A stretch of DNA of 32,000 nucleotides from Buchnera aphidicola (Neophyllaphis podocarpi) (GTDB taxonomy: Bacteria > Pseudomonadota > Gammaproteobacteria > Enterobacterales > Enterobacteriaceae): NCBI RefSeq assembly GCF_964059055.1, contig NZ_OZ060386.1:270001-302000 (forward strand), in the 5' to 3' direction. The translations under genes were made by a program, and so were the position numbers. Shown here piece by piece: positions 29,695 through 32,000 of this stretch (position 1 is the stretch's first letter; each line of letters opens with the position of its first letter). The notes under the pieces were generated by a model. The model was not told where the DNA came from. It worked only from the letters and a program-made list of their open reading frames with translations, and did not search any database.

Positions 29695-32000
29695 ATGAAA
29701 AACAAAATAAAAGAAACAAATAGAACTTATGATTGGATTTACAATTTAAGTAATACACATTTTGAAAAATTATTTAATAGTTTCATTAATGATCCTAATT
29801 CAGTTGATATTAGTGTAAAAAATTTTTTTAAAAATAAAAAATTAAAATTTCAAACAATATTAAGCAATAAATTAAATAAAATAAAAAAAAATAATAAAAA
29901 AACAACAGAAATTCAATCAGTAAAGGCTACAAATAATTTGAATCAAGAAATATCTATTTTAAAATACTATTATCGCAAAAACGGACATAAATATGCTTCA
30001 ATAAATCCTTTAAAGAATTATGAAAAAATATCATCTTCTAAAAATAACTTAAGAAATTTAAATATTTATGATGAAAATACAAAACAAAATTACTTTTCTA
30101 AAAAATTTTTTTCAGAAAAAGATTTAATTAAATTAAAAAAAATTATATTCAAATTAAAAAAAATCTATTGTGGAAATATAGGTTTTGAATATATGCATAT
30201 TGATAAATCAGAGGAAAAAGAATGGATACAAAAAAAAATAGAATCAAAAAAAGGAGATTATTCTAAAAGTATAAATAGTAGAATTAAAATTCTAAAACAT
30301 TTAGTAGAAGCAGAAACATTAGAAAAATATTTATCATCAAAGTTCCCTGGATCAAAAAGATTTTCATTGGAAGGAGCTGAATCACTAATTCCTTTATTAA
30401 AAGAAACTATAAATTGTTCTTTTAAAAAAAAAATTACTCATATTATATTAGGAATGGCTCACAGAGGTCGCTTAAATGTTCTTGTAAATATTTTAGGAAA
30501 AAATATTAATAATTTAATAAAACAATTTTCTAATAAATTTATATTTAAAAAGGGTAGCGGAGATGTTAAATATCACATGGGATATTCTTCCTATATAAAA
30601 AAAGAAAAAGAAATTATTAATATACTTCTTTCTTATAATCCTTCTCATTTAGAAATAGTTAATCCTGTAATTTCTGGTATAACTAGAGCATATATAGATT
30701 ATAATTCAGAAAAAATCAAAAATAAAGCATTACCTATCTCTATTCATGGAGACGCATCTTTTGTTGGACAAGGAGTTATACAGGAAACTTTAAACATGTC
30801 ACAAACTAGAGGTTATAAAATAGGAGGTACATTACATATTATAATTAATAACCAGATAGGATTTACTACTTCAAATTATAAAGATGCAAGATCTACAAAA
30901 TATTGCACAGATATTGCTAAAATGATCAATTCTCCCATATTTCATGTTAATGCAGATGATCCTGAAGCTATAATTTTTGTAACAAAGTTAGCAATAGAAT
31001 TTAGAGAGAAATTTAAAAAAGATATCTTTATAGACTTATTTTGTTATAGAAGACACGGACATAATGAAGCCGATGATCCTAGTGTAACCCAACCAATTAT
31101 GTATAAGAAAATTAAAAAACATAAAACTGTTTGTAATATATTTTCAAATTTATTAAAAAAAATGAATAATATTACAGAAAAACAAATTACAGAAATTCAA
31201 AATAGATACAGAAAAAATCTTATTGATAATAATGTAATTAAAAATAAAATTGATAAATCAAATTTTACAAATAACAATTTTATGTATAAAAATTTGGATT
31301 TAGAAAAAGATATATATTCTAAAATTATAGACAAAAACTTCTTAAAAAAAATATTAAATAAAATAAGTAAAATACCTTGTGATTTTAAAATACATGATAG
31401 AGTTAATAAAATTTACAAAGATCGTTACTGTATGTCAACAGAAAAAAAATTACTAGATTGGGGAGCAGCAGAAAATTTAGCATATGCAATTTTAATTTAT
31501 TTTGGTATTAAATGTAGATTATCTGGTCAAGATATTAAAAGAGGTACTTTTTTTCATAGACATTCTGTAATATATGATCAAAAAAATGGATTAAATTATA
31601 TTCCTTTATATGAAATAGATAAAAATAAAAGAAATTTTTTTATATTTAATTCTGTTTTATCAGAAGAATCAGTTTTAGCCTTTGAATATGGTTATTCAAC
31701 AATTAATATACAAGGATTAAATATATGGGAAGCTCAATTTGGTGATTTTGTAAATGGTGCTCAAGTAGTAATAGATCAATTTATTACTTCTGGAGAAGAA
31801 AAATGGGGAATCAAATCATCATTAATAATGCTTTTACCTCATGGATACGATGGACAAGGACCAGAACATTCTTCAGGAAGAATAGAAAGATTTTTGCAAT
31901 TATGCTCAAATAATAATGTAAAAATATGTATTCCATCTTCTCCTTCTCAAATATATCATTTATTAATTAATCAAGTATTTTGTAAAATCAAAAAACCATT
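29695..32000 (+). CDS. sucA: 2-oxoglutarate dehydrogenase E1 component, 5' ~768 codons (runs off the window end)
   Basis: It is not in the ORF track because no stop falls inside the window. I translated the first ~275 codons from ATG 29695 by hand and found no stop. Homology to E. coli SucA in this frame continues to position 32000. Matching blocks include YCGNIGFEYMHI..EEKEWIQKKIES, KRFSLEGAESLIPLLKE, LGMAHRGRLNVLVNILGK, IHGDASFVGQGVIQETLNMS, IFHVNADDPEA, YRRHGHNEADDPS, WEAQFGDFVNGAQVVIDQFI and LLPHGYDGQGPEHSSGRIERFLQLC. Confidence 0.95.
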   Translation, partial: MKNKIKETNRTYDWIYNLSNTHFEKLFNSFINDPNSVDISVKNFFKNKKLKFQTILSNKLNKIKKNNKKTTEIQSVKATNNLNQEISILKYYYRKNGHKYASINPLKNYEKISSSKNNLRNLNIYDENTKQNYFSKKFFSEKDLIKLKKIIFKLKKIYCGNIGFEYMHIDKSEEKEWIQKKIESKKGDYSKSINSRIKILKHLVEAETLEKYLSSKFPGSKRFSLEGAESLIPLLKETINCSFKKKITHIILGMAHRGRLNVLVNILGKNINNLIKQFSNKFIFKKGSGDVKYHMGYSSYIKKEKEIINILLSYNPSHLEIVNPVISGITRAYIDYNSEKIKNKALPISIHGDASFVGQGVIQETLNMSQTRGYKIGGTLHIIINNQIGFTTSNYKDARSTKYCTDIAKMINSPIFHVNADDPEAIIFVTKLAIEFREKFKKDIFIDLFCYRRHGHNEADDPSVTQPIMYKKIKKHKTVCNIFSNLLKKMNNITEKQITEIQNRYRKNLIDNNVIKNKIDKSNFTNNNFMYKNLDLEKDIYSKIIDKNFLKKILNKISKIPCDFKIHDRVNKIYKDRYCMSTEKKLLDWGAAENLAYAILIYFGIKCRLSGQDIKRGTFFHRHSVIYDQKNGLNYIPLYEIDKNKRNFFIFNSVLSEESVLAFEYGYSTINIQGLNIWEAQFGDFVNGAQVVIDQFITSGEEKWGIKSSLIMLLPHGYDGQGPEHSSGRIERFLQLCSNNNVKICIPSSPSQIYHLLINQVFCKIKKP

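Overview
This 32 kb window is a contiguous piece of an extremely A+T-rich chromosome (about 80% A+T by eye; spacers are almost free of G/C). It looks like a highly reduced Enterobacterales-derived insect endosymbiont. Gene content and order fit Buchnera aphidicola best: trpDC(F)BA without trpEG, and fldA-phrB-ybgI-sucA. The strain cannot be determined from the sequence alone.

I support 25 intact CDS and one CDS truncated by the window end. In order they are lapA, ribA, cls, yciA, trpA-trpB-trpC(F)-trpD, an EamA/YedA-like transporter, sohB, suhB, ispG, hisS, glyA, ibpA, bioD-bioC-bioF-bioB (divergent from bioA), pgl, gapA, fldA, phrB, ybgI and the 5' part of sucA. The standard code (table 11) fits all of them. 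I found no tRNA, rRNA, CRISPR array, IS element, phage or recognisable defence, toxin or secretion system. This is an ordinary core-genome region of a nutritional symbiont (riboflavin, tryptophan, biotin, isoprenoid and one-carbon genes), not an accessory island.

About 5.5 kb (~17%) lies in 11 spacers longer than 150 bp. What seems worth a second look:
- The sohB-upstream spacer is a still-readable fossil of a yciK-like short-chain dehydrogenase, in the position yciK occupies in E. coli.
- SuhB is full length but has lost key inositol-monophosphatase metal-ligand motifs.
- A perfect 2 x 42 bp tandem duplication of a palindromic unit lies downstream of trpA.
- A 1.48 kb ORF-free spacer separates pgl and gapA.
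- The bioA/bioB divergent region contains a bioO-like sequence.
- ibpA forms a heat-shock unit with a sigma32-like promoter and a clean terminator.
- Long A/T dyads sit at convergent gene junctions.
- A9-A10 homopolymers occur inside intact genes.

All homology statements are by-eye alignments to E. coli sequences recalled from memory. No database search was run.
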